DNA of 64,000 bases, taken from positions 434,001 to 498,000 of the forward strand of contig JABVCE010000022.1 of the NCBI GenBank assembly GCA_014905635.1, given 5' to 3'. Numbering within the stretch: position 1 is the first letter of the stretch; each line of letters opens with the position of its first letter. Source of the DNA: Scenedesmus sp. PABB004 (taxonomy: Eukaryota). Below, piece by piece: positions 1 to 12,911 of this stretch. Both the position numbers and the translations under genes were made by a program. The notes beneath the pieces are model-generated. The model was not told the origin of the DNA and did no database searches. It saw nothing but the letters and a program-made list of their open reading frames with translations.

Positions 1-1608
1 ATCGCGCCCGAATACGTCGCGCCGCACTGCGCGGCGCTCGACACGTTGACGCGCACGCTCAGGAGCGAGGGCGCGTTGCCGGCGCCCTCCGCCTGCGCGC
101 CCCAGCCCATCACCGTCACCGGCGCGCCCACCGGCGGCCGCTCGCCCTCTGCGGCGCGCGCGCGCGACCGGCGTGGGGCGGGGCATGCGCCGCGCGCGTT
201 GCGCGCTGCGCGCTGCAGGGGCCGCCGCTCGGGGCCGCGCTGCGGGGCCGGCCCCGGGCCGCCCATGCGGCGGCGCGCACCGCGGGCGAGCGCGACGGGC
301 GCGAAGCGCGAGGCGCCGGCGAGGAAGCAGAGGGCGACGTCGTTGGTGCCGGCGTCGAAGCTCCACCCCGCGTGCACGACGCTCGTCGCGCAGCGCAGGC
401 GGTCGTAGTCGTTGCCGCCGGTTGCGTTGGGCGCGGTCAGCCAGTAGCGGCCCACCTGCGCGGCGCGCGCGGCGACAGGGCGCGTGAGCCTGCGGAGGCT
501 CGGCAGCGCGCTCTGGTCAAGGCCGCGGGCGCGGGGCCGCCGCCGCCGACCGCCCCGCCCCGCCCCGCGCCCCCGCGGGCCGCGCCTCGACCCAGGGGTT
601 GCGCAGCGCTGGGTCGTCGTGGTCGAGGCAGTGCGCCGCTGTGAGCACCACACTCGGCGCGATCACTGCGCGGCGCACGTCGCGGCGGCGCGCGCGTCGG
701 CGGCGGCGGCGCGCGGTGGGCTGACGCGCACACACGGCGCGCCTCGCGGCGCCGCGCGCCCAGCCCGCGCCGCGCACGCGAGCAGCCGCAGTAGTGCGAG
801 TCGTCAGCCGTCCTCAGCGAGCAGGCCCACTTGAACCTGGGCGCGGCCCGTCGCGCGCGCGCGCGGCGTGTGTGAGCTGGCTGCGGCCAGCCCCCGCGCT
901 GCGCCGCTGGCGCTCCAGCGCGCTGGCAGCAGCGAGGTGGGGGAGGAGGAGGAGCTGGGGGGCGCGGGCGATGACTGGCCGAGCGGACCAGCGTGCGCGC
1001 GCGCGCGCGCCGGCGCGCCGGCCCGCCGGCGCCGCCGCGCGCCTGTCGATGGGCGCCTCCACGCCGCCCACGATCCTGAACGGCGGCGGCGGCAGCTCCT
1101 CGCGCGCGGGCCCGGGCGGCGCCGGGGCCTCGCGGCTGCTGCCCGCAAACGCGGCGCGCGCCGAGAGCGCGGTGGTGGCCGACCAGGACGCCACAGACGC
1201 GACGGCCGCGAGGCGGCGGCGCCAGCGCGGCGCGCCCTCGGGCGCGGGCAGCGCGTGCAGCAGCAGGGGCGCGCTGCCGCCCAGGTCGAGGAGGGCGCCC
1301 GCGACGTACGCCAGCGTGCCGCGGCCGCACAGCGCGCGCAGCTCGGCGGCCGCGGCGCGCGGCCGCGCGGCCGCCGCGTGCGCGGCCAGGCGCGCGGCGC
1401 GCGCCCGCGCGCCGCGGCGCGCGGGCGCGAGGTCGTTCAGCAGCCCGGCGAGCGTTGCGCGGCGCGCGAACTGCGCGGCCGCCCAGGCGTCGGCCGGCGG
1501 CGGCGCCGCTCGCGGCGGCGCGGCGGCCGCAGCGCTGGCCGCAGTGGCGAGCAGGCAGAGGGCGACCGGCAGGAGCGCCGCAGCGGTGAAGCGGCACCGG
1601 CGGGCCAT
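1..1608 (-). CDS. Secreted trypsin-like (S1A) serine protease, 3' end beyond the window edge
   Basis: Signal-peptide-like start (MARRCRFTAAALLPVALCLLATAASA), activation site R-IVGG, then spliced exons giving HYCGCSLIAPSVVLTAAHC (catalytic His), NDVAL (catalytic Asp) and VMGWG. The GDSGG Ser motif is not in the window. Confidence 0.92.
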
Positions 1609-2288
1609 GCTGCGGGGCGCGTAAGCGGGGCGCGGGCGCGGGCTCTCGGCGCGTGCTCTCGGCGCCTGCGCGTGGAGCGGATGACGCGGTGAATTTGGGC
1701 AGCAGACAGCGGGCAAGGGGCGAGCGCACCTTGGCCGGCAGGTGCTGCGCCGGGTGGCGGCCAAGACCCCAACCGCCGCGCTCCGCCGCCGCGCCGCCGG
1801 CGGCGCGCCCCGCCGCTCGCGTGCGCCACACGCTGCGCCAGGCGGGTCACCGTGGATGCTCGCGGGCGGGCACGGCGCCCGATCGCGCGCGCGCGCGGGC
1901 CCTTGGCCGGGCCGGACGGGCGCGCGCAACGCCAGGTGACCGCGCGGCGCGCTGGCGCCGCGCGTTAGATCGGGCAGCGAACTGGGAAGCGCCGTCCGGC
2001 GCGAATGCGCGCCCCCAGGCCGCGCCCGCGCAGATCGGGACCGCGCCGTGCCGCTGCCGGCCCGCACGCCCGCGCAGGGCACCGACGCCGTGCCGGCCGT
2101 CGCGCAGGCGCTGAGGGACCGCGACGCCTCGCTGCCGGGCGCCGCCGCTGCCGCGCCGCCGCTGCCGTGCTGCGGTCGGCCAGCCGCCACCGCCGGCACG
2201 CCCCGGCGAGCACCCGAGGAGCGGCGCGGCGCGCCAGGAGCGTCCAGGCGAAGCCGGTCGCCGGCGCGCCGCCGCGCCGAGGCCGGGC

Positions 2289-3326
2289 ATGACCGGCGTG
2301 GCGGCCGCGCCGCCGCGGCGGGAGCCGCGGCCGCGCCGCTGGCTGGCGGGCTGCTGCGCCGCGCCGCCCGACGCCGACGCCGGCTGGGCTGCCGAGGGCG
2401 AGCTGGCCGTGGCCAAGGCGGCGCCGCTGTGCGGCGCCCCGCCGCGCCCGCCGCCGCGGGCGCCGCCAGATGGCCGCGCGCGGTGGCTGTGCCCGCGCGC
2501 CGGGCCTGGCAGCGACAGCACCAGCGGCCTGGCGGCGGCGCTGGGCGCCGGCGCTGTGCGGCAGCACGGCGCCGGCGACTCGCCATTTGAGATCCACAGC
2601 GAGCTCGCGAGCACGCCGCCGGCAGCCCCGGGCGGCGGTGCACGCTGCTCGCTCAGTGGCGTCAGCGGCGGCGCAGGGCCGCGCAGCCCCGGCGGCAGCT
2701 GCCTCGCCACGGCGTCGAGCGCCAGCGGCAGCAGCGCCGGCGGGGCAGCAGCAGGCAGCACGCGCCGGCGTTGCTGGGCCCCGCCGCGGCGGCCCTGGGC
2801 GGCCGCGGCCCCGCCGCGCCTCCGCAGCGCCTGCAGCCGGGCGGCAGCGTCGGCGGGGCAGGCGCGGCCGTGGCGCTGCCGCTGCCGCAGCCGCCGCGGC
2901 GCGGCAGCAGCGACCTGGCAGCGCCGCCGCGGGCGAGCGCGCTCGTGCAGCGCTCCTTCACCACGGGCGCCGTCGACGGCGGCGGCGCGGCCAGCGGCAG
3001 CCGTGTGCCGCGCTCGCCGTTTGCACAGCTCGGTCTGCAGCAGTCGGTGGCCAGCGCGCTGGCGCCGGCGGCCGCGCAGGCACAGCCCGTGGCGGCGTTT
3101 GCTGCGGCGGCCGCCGCTGCCGGCGGCGCGGCCGCGGCGCCAGCCGCCGCCAGGTCGCGCGCGGCGAGCATCAGCTGGGCCGCCTCGTCCGGCGCGCTGG
3201 GCGATGAACTGGCGTCAGTCTTTGGAGTGCTGGACCCGGAGACGTCGTCGGCCTCCAGCGGGCAGCGCATCCTGCGCCACTCCGCCTCGGCGAGCAGCCT
3301 GGCCAGCCTGGGCGCCGCCAGCGGCA

Positions 3327-3357
<31 letters not shown>

Positions 3358-4576
3358 TGTGCCCGGCAGGGGCAGGCAGCTGCTGCGCGGCGTGCTCTCG
3401 CTCGGCGCCGCGCCGGGCGGGGGCGGGCGCGCCGGCGCCGCCGCGCTGGCGCCGCCTGCCGCCGCCGGGCCGGTCGGCAGCCTTCGCAGCGTGCTGCGGC
3501 GCAGCACCAACCTGTCCAGCCTGAGCGCCGGCAGCGGCGCCAGCCAGGCGCGCGGCTTCCGGCGCAGCCGCAGCGCGCACGTCGACGTCACGGCGCCGCT
3601 GCAGGCCGCGGCCGCGGCTGCCACGGCGCCCGCGCACGCGCACGCGGCGGCGGCGGCGCAGGCGGCCGAGCTGGCGGCGGCGGCTGCCGCTGCGTCGGCG
3701 CCGCCGCCGCCCGCGGCTGTGGGCGGGCGCAGCCTGCCGCCGCTGCCCCCAGCGGCCTGCGCGGCGCCGGCGCCGGCCGGCCCTGGCGCGCCCACGAACG
3801 GCGCCAGCTCGCTCGCGCCGGCGGGCAGCCAGCCCCAGAGCAGCAGCAGCAGCAGTGGCGCAAGCGGCGGCCCGCCGCGCAGCGGGAGCCGCCTCGCGGC
3901 GCAGCCGTCGCTGGGCAGCGCGTCGGGCGGGTCGTCGTCGGGCCAGCTCGGCGGCAGCGGCGGCAGCCTCTGCGGCGCCGGCTCCAGCGACTCGCTGGTG
4001 GCGCTCGCGGTGACGCGCATGCACTCTGCCGGCCCGCCGGCCGCGCCGCCGGCGCCGGCCGCCCGCGCAGGCGCCGGCGCGCGCGGCGCGGCCGGCGCGG
4101 CCGCCGCCGCGGACGCCGCGCGCGCGCGGGAGGTCGCGGGCGCGTTTGCGGAGGCCTTCCTGGCGGCGCTCGCGGCCGGCGACACGCGCTGGGGCTCGGC
4201 GCCGGGCGTGGCGGGCCTGCTGTCGGACGACGCGCGCATGGTGGGCCTGGACAAGCAGCTTTACGTCGGCAGGCCCGCCATCGTGCGCCGGCTCAACGCC
4301 GGCGTGGAGCAGCTCGTGCGCATGGTCGCCGCGGCGTCCGCCGACGGCGCCACCGCCGGCGGCGGCGAGGCCGGCGGCGAGGCTGCGGCGGGCGCGGCGG
4401 GCCCGGCGGCGCTGCCGCGGCCGCTGCTGTCGGTCGCGTGCCCCGACGCCGGCCGCCGCCCGGGGCTGGTGGTCGCTCTCTACACCTTCCGCTGGGGTCT
4501 GCGCAAGATCACGCTGCGCGACGAGCTCACCGTGCGCGGCGGCCGCATCGTGCGCCTGCGGCGCTGCCGCGCCTAG
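2289..4576 (+). CDS. Low-complexity Ala/Ser/Gly-rich protein with a C-terminal NTF2/SnoaL-like domain
   Basis: C-terminus FAEAFLAALAAGD...LLSDDARM...YVGRPAIVRRL...LRDELTVRGGRIVRLRR has the SnoaL/NTF2 pattern. The start is uncertain, and the N-terminal frame joins the main ORF only through an apparent 1-bp frameshift near 2855. Confidence 0.55.
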
Positions 4577-5126
4577 GCTGGCCGGCCGCCCACACCGGGG
4601 TGGCGCCACAGCGCGCCGGTGCGCGCGCGCGGTGCCTGTGCGCACGCGCTGGGCTGGGGCTGCTGGCGCTCACCGGATGTGAACTCTCCCCCCTGCGCTG
4701 GCTGAGGCTGCTGCACCGGGCTGCCCCGTGGGAGCTGGCCGGCGGCGTGGGTGCGTGCGTGGCGTTGACGGTGGTGCTGGGTTGGGAGGGAGTTTGTGAG
4801 ATGGCTGGCGCCGCTGGCGTGCTCGGGGCGTGTGTGTGCGCGTGTGCTGCGCCCCGCGGCTCAGCTGAAACCTGCTCACTCTGCGACGGTGGGCGCACCT
4901 TTTGCATTCCTGCCGCCTCCACCACGCACGCCTCCAACACGCGCCCCAGCTCAGCCACCGCTCAGTCGGCACACGCGGCCGCCGCGCGCGCCGCCGCTGC
5001 CGCTGCCAGCGCCGCGCCCGCCGCCGCCGCGCCCGCTGCATGCTGCTTCGCCGGGCGGGGCTCCCCGGATACAGCGGCGCTCTCTGCAGCCACAGCCGCG
5101 CGCGCAGCACCACCAGGGGCGCCGCC

Positions 5127-6307
5127 ATGGCGGCGCGGGCGGCAGCAGCGCCGACGCCGGCGACCATCTACTTTGCGACGGGCAACCAGAAGAAGCTGGA
5201 GGAGGTGCGGCGCGCGCCGCGTCGTGGGGGACCGCTCTCGCGCAGCCTGACGAGCCAGGCGCGCAGCCTCCGCCGACGCCGCCCACGGCCGCCGCGCCGC
5301 GCGGCAGGTCGTCGCCATCCTCGCGGCGGGCCAGCCGCTGCCGTTTGCGGTGCAGGCCGCCAAGCTGGACCTGCCCGAGCTGCAGGGCGAGCCGGAGGAG
5401 ATTTCAATTGAGAAGTGCCGCATCGCCGCGCAGCAGGCAGGCGGCCCACGCCGCGCTCGCCGGCTGCCGCCCGCCGACCGCCGACCGCCGTCCGCTGACC
5501 GCCGACTGCCGCCGCCGCAGCTCGGCGGCGCGGTGATGGTGGAGGACACGAGCCTCTGCTTCAACGCGCTGCAGGGCCTGCCCGGTGCGCGCCGCGCGCC
5601 GCGCGCTGGGCGGGCCGGCGGGGGCGCGGCGCGCGCGGCGGCCTGCAGGTCGGCTGGCCAGCCAGCGCCGCCCGCCGCGGCCCGCACACCGCGCGCTCGC
5701 CCGCCGCACACCGCGCCTTGCTCGCCGCTGCCCAGGCCCCTACATCAAGTGGTTCCTGGAGAAGCTGGGCCATGACGGCCTCAACCGCATGCTCGGTGCG
5801 GCGCGGCCGGCCGGCGGGCGCGCAGCCCGGCCGCCGCGCGCGCTCGGCGCTCAGCCCCGCCGCCGCGCGCGCTCGGCGCCCCGCGCGCGCGCGTGCGCAG
5901 CGGGGTTTGAGGACAAGACGGCGTATGCGCAGTGCATCTTTGCCTACAGCCCCGGCCCCGGCTGCGAGCCGGTGACGTTTGTCGGCCGCACGCCGGGGCG
6001 CATCGTGCCCGCGCGCGGGCCGCCCGACTTTGGCTGGGACCCCGTGTTTGAGCCGGACGGCCACGGACTCACGTACGCGGAGCTGGACAAGGACACGAAG
6101 AACAGCATCAGCCACCGGTGCGCGCCACGCGCCACGCGCGCCGCGCGCGCGGCCGCGCCCGCGCCGACCGCAGCGGGCCGTTGACCGGGCGCCGCCCGCC
6201 CGCCCGCGCGCGCCCGCGCGTGCTCGCCCGCGCGCGCACACAGCTACCGCGCGCTGGACAAGCTGCGCTCACACCTGCTGGCCAACGCGGCGGCCGTGCA
6301 GTCGTAG
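5127..6307 (+). CDS. ITPA: Inosine triphosphate pyrophosphatase (HAM1/ITPase), 6 exons
   Basis: [46 protein letters not shown] and NSISHRYRAL motifs, joined by GT/GC-AG introns. Stop TAG at 6305-6307. Confidence 0.97.
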
Positions 6308-6656
6308 CGGCGGCAGGGCAAGGCGAGTGGCGGCCGCCGCGGCCGCCGCCCGCGCCTGCGCGTGCGCTGCCCCGCGCTGCCCCCGCGCCCGCGCTGGTGC
6401 CCGGACGGTCGGTTTCAGACGATCTAGCGCCACGCCGGCGCGCTGCCACGCCGGCGGCAAAGTCTTGGCGCGGCCCGGCGTAACACCGCCGCCGGCCATC
6501 GGGACTCCTGCGCTCCGCTCTAAACAGCGCCGCGCCCGCGCGGCATCGCCGAAGCGTGCGAACGCGCCCGCGAGCGCGCGCCCAGGAGCAGGCCCAGCAG
6601 CAGGAGGCGCCGCCGATCGCTGCCGCGGCTGCTGCGCCCCCCCTGCGACCGCCACC

Positions 6657-9135
6657 ATGCGCCTCGCGACCGCGTCGCTCGCGCTTGCGCTGCTCTTGGC
6701 CGCCGGCAGCGGCGCTGAGGGTGCGGCGCAGCGGCTTGGGGCCGCCGCCGGCGCCGGCCGCCCACCGCCGCGCGCCGCCCCGCCGCCGCAGCCGCGGCGC
6801 CGCAGGGCCGCCGCCTGAAGCAGCTCACGCTCTTCGCCGACACGCCGGCCGCGGCGGGCAGCGCGACGGTCGACGTCAACGCGCGCGCCGCGCTGCGCCC
6901 GGACGGCACCGTGCATGCGGCGGGCGGGGTGTCGGGCGCGACGTCCGCCGCGCTCGCCAACCCCCTGCTCAACGCGCTCACGCAAGGGGCCTACGCCAAC
7001 CGCCCCGAGGCGTCCAGCACGGCCTACACGCAGATCCCCCTGCTCCTGCGTGAGGCGCACGCTGGGGCGCGCGTGCTTGGGCGCGCATGCGCATGGGCCG
7101 GCGGACGCGCGGCGGGGGCCAACCAGGCAGCCGGCGCGGCCCTCCGCGCGCGCTCACGCGGGCTCACGCGCGGCGCCCGCCGCCTGCGGCCGCCGCCGGC
7201 GGGGCGCAGAGCAGACGCTCTTCCCCACGCTCAGCTACGGCCTCGCCGAGGCGCGCGGCGACGCGCTGTCGTCTGCGCGCGGCGGCTGGGCCAACGGTGC
7301 GCGGCCGGCGGCGGCAGCCGGTGCACACGCGCGCCGCAGACCGCGCGCGCGCGCGCTGGCGCGTGACCACCGCCCGCGCGCGCGCATGCGGCCCCCGCGC
7401 AGGCGAGTTTGGCTACAACCCGCTGAGCAACAACCTCGGGCTCTCCGTCTCCACCGGCAGCACCAACGCCGACAACGTCGGCTCCGGCGAGACCGCGGGC
7501 GTCCTCGACCCGCGTGCGTGCGCTGCGCGCGGGGCCTTGGCCGGCGGCACGCCATGCCGCCGCACCGCGCCGTGCTGCGCGCTCCACACGCACCACGCGC
7601 TTCCCGCCGGCCGCGCGCCGCAGAGTCGGGCGTGACCAACGCCGAGTTTGCGGGCTTCTCCAACGACCTCACCAACCTCGCCGACGCGCGCGCCGACCAG
7701 AGCGGGCAGGCGACCGCGGGGCCGTCCAACCCCCTCAGCCCGCTCAACCCCGCGACCTGCACGCAGGCGCGCGCGCCGCGCCGCGCCGCGCCGCGCCGCG
7801 CCGCGCCGGCCGCTCGCCGGCCCGCCCGCCGACCTCTCCGCCGCCGACCTCCCCGCCGCCGCCGCCCTGCCCACCGCCTTGGCGCGGCGTGCGCAGGCGC
7901 TGCTGTACGCGGTCACGCTGCAGGGCTACGACCTCGGCGCGCCCGCGGCGCCACTGCCGCGCGACGCCTTCCCCAGCGCGGTGCCCTTCTGCCTCTCCCT
8001 CTTCAACTTTGCCACGTTGGACGACTTCACCGCCTTTGCCGACGCCGCCGGCGCGGGGCGGGGGCGCGAGGCCGCCTTTGACGACAACCGGTGGGCGCGG
8101 CGGCCCCGGCTCAGCTCGAGTCGCACTGCGCCGGCGCGCGGCACACCGCGCTGCGCCCGACGCGCGCCGCTCCGCGCGCCGCACCCCACGCCGCCCCACA
8201 CGCGCCGCAGCGACGGGCGCATCCCGGGGCTGAGCCGCTTCTTTGACGGCGGCCGCGTGTTCAAGCCCGACAACACCACCACCGTCGCGGGCATCTCGGC
8301 GCCGCCGGTGCGGCCGTTTGCGTTCAACCGCGAGGCCAACGGCGTGGCGGCCGCTCCGCGCGCGGGGCTGCGCCCGCGCGCCGAGTCGGTCGACGAGCTG
8401 CGCGCGGCCGCGGCGGCGGCGGGCCTCGCGGTGCCGCCGCCCAGCGCCGCGCGCCGCGCGGCCGGCAAGGCCGCAGCGCGCGACGCTGCCGACGCCGCAG
8501 CGGCGCGCCCGCCGGCGAGCTTTGGCGAGGCGCTGACGCGCGCGGTCGAGGCGAGCCCCGACGGCGCGGCCTTTGCGGCGACGCCGCTCGGCGCGGCGCT
8601 GCTGCAGCGCGCCGGCGCCGGGCCCGTCGCGCGCGTCGCCGACGACGCCGCGGCGACGCTCACCAACGTGACCGCGGGCGCCGCGGCGCGCTGGGCGGCG
8701 CCGCTCGGCAACCTCACCTCCGCCGCGGGCAACCTCACGGCGGGGCTCGCGCTCAACGCGACCAACGTGGCGCTCAAGGCGGCCGTGGCGGGCATCGAGG
8801 GCGCGGCCCCCGGCATCGAAGCGGGGCTCGCGCTCAACCGCGGCGTCGTGCAGCCCGCCGCCAACGCGTCGCGCGCGGCGGCGGCCCGCCTGTCGGCGCG
8901 CAGCGCCGACGCGCTCGCCACGCGCCTCGCGGCGCTGCCGGACGGCCCGCAGAAGGACCAGCTGGCGGCCGCGGCCGCGGCCATCGCGCGCGGGCCCGGG
9001 CCCGGGGCCGGTGCCGGTGCCGGGCCCGGCGCGGGCGGGCCCGGCGCGCGCGGCGGCGGCGGCGCCGCGGCCGCCGGCGCCGCGCAGCCCGTGCCGCAGG
9101 CCCAGCTCGGCCGCCGCCGCCTGGCGCTGCTGTGA
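6657..9135 (+). CDS. Secreted protein of unknown function, multi-exon
   Basis: Signal-peptide exon MRLATASLALALLLAAGSGAE, phase-1 intron 6721-6791, then AAAPQGRRLKQLTLF. Asn/Ser/Thr-rich exons with coding-type codon use; several N-x-T sequons; ends GRRRLALL*. Confidence 0.8.
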
Positions 9136-9426
9136 CGACGAGGGGGCGGCGCGCGCGCGTGATCCGGCTGGTGCTGCGGGCTCAGTTGCAACCAAGTGGT
9201 ACACCGGCCGGGAGCTGGGAGCTCTGGCACGGCGTCGGTGCTGGCGCGCTCGTGAGGCAACACGTCCGAGTGCCTCGGTTGCCGGGAGCGAGAGAGCCAG
9301 ACCATCACGCGCGCGCCAGCCCCCGCCAGCCAGCCCCCCGCGCTCAGCAGTGCACACGCCGCCGCCGCCCCGCCCGCCGTTTGCCGCCGCGCCGCGCCCG
9401 TGCGCTGTGAGTGGGGGCGGGGCCCC

Positions 9427-12294
9427 TCACGCCGTGTCGGCGCGCTCCGCCTTGAGGTATGCCCGCATCTTGGCCACCTGCTCCAGCAGGCTGCGCTTGC
9501 TCGCGCCGCCCTCGGTGTCGCGCGCGTCGGCAGAGGCGGCAAAGTCCCACACCTGCGCGGCGTCGCCGCGCGCGCGACCACCGCCGGCGTCGGCTCCGGG
9601 CGCCCGCACGCGCGCCCCGCACCCGCCCGCCCGCGCCCCGCGCCCGCTTACAGGCCCCGCCGCCCGCGCCCTGCCCAGCGCCCAGCGCCCCCCCCCCCAC
9701 ACACACACGCGCCCACCTTGGCCACGTCGTCGGCGAAAAGCGGGTGGATGCTCTGCAGGTCTGCCACGCTGAGCGCGCTGAGCGGCACGCCGCGCTCCTC
9801 GGCCATCTTGACCGCCGCGCCGCTCACGTGGTGCGTCTCGCGGAAGGGCACGCCCTTGCGCACCAGGTACTCGGCCAGGTCGGTCGCGAGCATGTCGGCG
9901 CTCAGGCCCTGACCGGGGGGCGGGGTTTAGGCAGGGAGGGGGCGGGGCGGGGTTTAGGGCGACAGGTGGGCGGGCGGGCGCGGCGGGGCCCGCGAGCGAG
10001 GGAGCGCGCCGGCGCGGGGGCGCCGGCGGCCGGCTCTCCGCCACGCGCGTGGCGCGCCCCGCCGCCGCCTCCTCTGCCCCCGCTGCCGGCGTCCGCCCCC
10101 TGCGCCGCCGCGTGGCCGCCGCCGCCGCGTCGTCTGCGTGCCTTGAGCATGCGGTCGGGGTTGATGCTCAGCGTGCTCAGCACGCCCGTGGCGATGCGCA
10201 CGCAGTCGTGCGTCGCGTCCACGGTGTCATACATCAGCTCCCACGCCTCCTGGAAGTCTTTGTTGTACGTCGTCGGCGTGCCCTTGAGCACCGCGAGGCA
10301 GCCCGCGAGGTTGCCCTGCAGCTTGCCCGCCTTGCCCCTGCACGCGCAGGGCACGCCGCGGCGCGGCGCGCGTGAGCGCGTGGGCGCGGCGCCGCGCGAG
10401 CGCACGATTGCGCCCGATGAGCGGCACGCTCCCCTCCCATCATCACGCGCGCCCCTGCAGGTCACACGCGCGCCGCCGCCTAAACCCTAAACCCCCCGCA
10501 CCTGATGAGCTCCAGGGCGTCGGGGTTCTTCTTCTGGGGCATGAGGCTGCTGCCAGTCGCGTACGCGTCGCTGGCGTTCAGGGGTCAGGGTTTAGGGGCG
10601 GGCGGCGCGGTGCGGTCAGGGCGCGGCGCGGCGGCGGCGGCCGCGCCCCTCTCGTCCGCCCGTCGTCCGCCGCGCCCCGCGCGCCGCCGCGCGCCGCCGG
10701 CCCCCGCCGCGGGTCACCTGCATGCAACGAAGCCGAAGAGGCCGCTGCTGTAGATGATGAGGTCCTCCGCCCAGCGGCTGAGGTGCACGAGGTGCAGCGC
10801 CGCAAAGAACAGCGACTCGGCCACAAAGTCGCCTGCAGAGGGTTGGGGGGGGGGGGGGGCGTGCGCTTGTGAGTGTGCGCGCGCGTGCGTGTGTGTGTGT
10901 GTGGGGGGGTGCGGAGGGTGCGGAAGGAGCGGAGGGCGCGCCGCAGCACACAGCGCGGCGCTCACGGTCGCTGACGGCGTCCATGCTGTTGGGGCACACG
11001 CCGCCGACCATGCCCAGCTCGGCGGCAATGAACTGCCGGTCGACCAGGAAGGGGTTGCCCGCGAGCGCGCCGCTGCCGAGCGGCAGCGTCGCGACGCGCG
11101 GCAGCAGGTCGCGCAGGCGCATGTCGTCGCGCTGCCACGCCGCCGCGTGGCTCATCAGCCAATGGCCCCAGCGCACGGTCTGCGCCTGCTGCAGGTGCGT
11201 GAAGCCTACGCGCGCGCGGCGACGACGCCCGGGCGCGGCATGCGCGGGCGGCGGCGCGCGGTGACGCGCCTGCCGCCGCGCCGCCGTGCCGCCCTGCCGC
11301 CGCGCGCCGCGCGCGCCGGTCGCGTCCAGACCCTAGACCGCACCGGGCATGAGCACGTCCGCCTCCGCCTCTGCGCGGTTGGTCGCGACGGTGATCAGCT
11401 CCTGCAGGCTGGCCCTGATCTGCAGCAGCTGGCTGTACAGCCACAGCCGCGTGTCGGTCGCCACCTGCGCGCCGGGCGGGCGGGCCGCGCGCGGTCAGCT
11501 GCGGCGGCCGCGCGGCGCCCTCCTCCGCCGCCCGCCGCCGCCCAGCGAGCCCCCACGCCGCGCCGGCGCCGCCGCGCCGGCGCCGCCGCGTGCCTGGTCG
11601 TTGCGGGAGCGGCCGGTGTGCAGCTTGCCGCCGACGGCGCCAATGAGCTCGGTGAGGCGGCGCTCGTTGGCGGTGTGGATGTCCTCATCGCCCGGCTTGA
11701 CCACAAACGCCCCGGCCGCCCACTCCGACGCGACCTGCCGCCAGCCCACGGCGGCGGCGGGGCGGCAGCGGCGCGCACAGGGCGTCGGCTCCCGCCGGCG
11801 CCGCCGGCTGTGCGCGGCGCTGCGCGACAGGGCCGCTGGCGCCGCGCCCGGCCGGCGCGCCGCGTCGCGCCGCGCCGCCGCCGCCGCCGCCGCCGGCGCC
11901 GCCGCGCCTTGTCGAGGCCGCCCACGATCGTCTCCGCCTCGTCTGCCGTGAGGATGCCCGCCTTGGCCAGGGCCTTGGCGTACGCCTGGCTGCCCTGCGC
12001 GCCGCGCGCGCGCGGGCGGGGCGGGGGCGGGAGGCCCGCGCGGTCGGGCCGCCGCCGCCAGCTACGCCGCGCGCTGCGCCGCGCGTCTCCAGCCGAACGC
12101 GCACGCAGCGCCGCCGCGGCCGCGCACCCGGATGTCCTCCGCCCACATGCGCCGGTCGAGGGGCAGGCTGGCGTTGAACTTCTCCATCAGCGGGTCCACC
12201 TTGCCGGTGAAGCGCCCGCCCCAGAGCTTAGGCGTCGCCGCCTCGGCGGCCGCCGGCGTCTGCGCGGCGTCCGTGGCGGCGGCCGCCTGCGCGC

Positions 12295-12358
<64 letters not shown>

Positions 12359-12695
12359 GGCGGCGGTCGTCGGCGCGAGCACGGGGCGGCGGGCGATCGC
12401 GTCGCCGGCAGCAGCGGCTAGGGTTTGCGGCCCTGCTGCCTGGCTGCTGCCGCTCGCGCGCCGCCGCGACGCCGGGCCGCACCATCGGAGCGCAGCGCAC
12501 GCGACGCGCCGCGCTGGCGGGGCCCTGCGTGCGCGGGCGCGCGGGGTGGGCCGACGGCGTGCGCGAGCTGCTCCGCCGCTGCGGCAGCGCGCCTCGCGCC
12601 GGCCGTACCGCCGACGCCTGGCGGACACGGGTGGCGCTGCGGGCGCCGCTCAGCGCGCCATGCGGGCCGCGCTGCAGCGCAAAGCCGGGGGCCAT
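9427..12695 (-). CDS. argH: Argininosuccinate lyase with plastid transit peptide
   Basis: [39 protein letters not shown], signature [19 protein letters not shown] and [13 protein letters not shown] across about 12 exons. ATG at 12695 (MAPGFALQR...) is inferred. Confidence 0.97.
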
Positions 12696-12911
12696 CGAAC
12701 GGCAAGCTAGCGGGCGCCCCGAGCGGGCGGGAGGGCGGGCGTGGATGGCGGACAGCGTAGAAGGGCGCGACCGGGCGACGGGCGAGAGTTTTGGGCGCGG
12801 CGTCGCGCCGGCCGCGCAGCAGCGGCGGCGCAGTGGTTTTGGCCGGCGTCGGCTTGTTTGGCCCGCGCTAACTCCCATAGGCCAGTGTGGGGCCCCCTCC
12901 CGACCAGGCGC

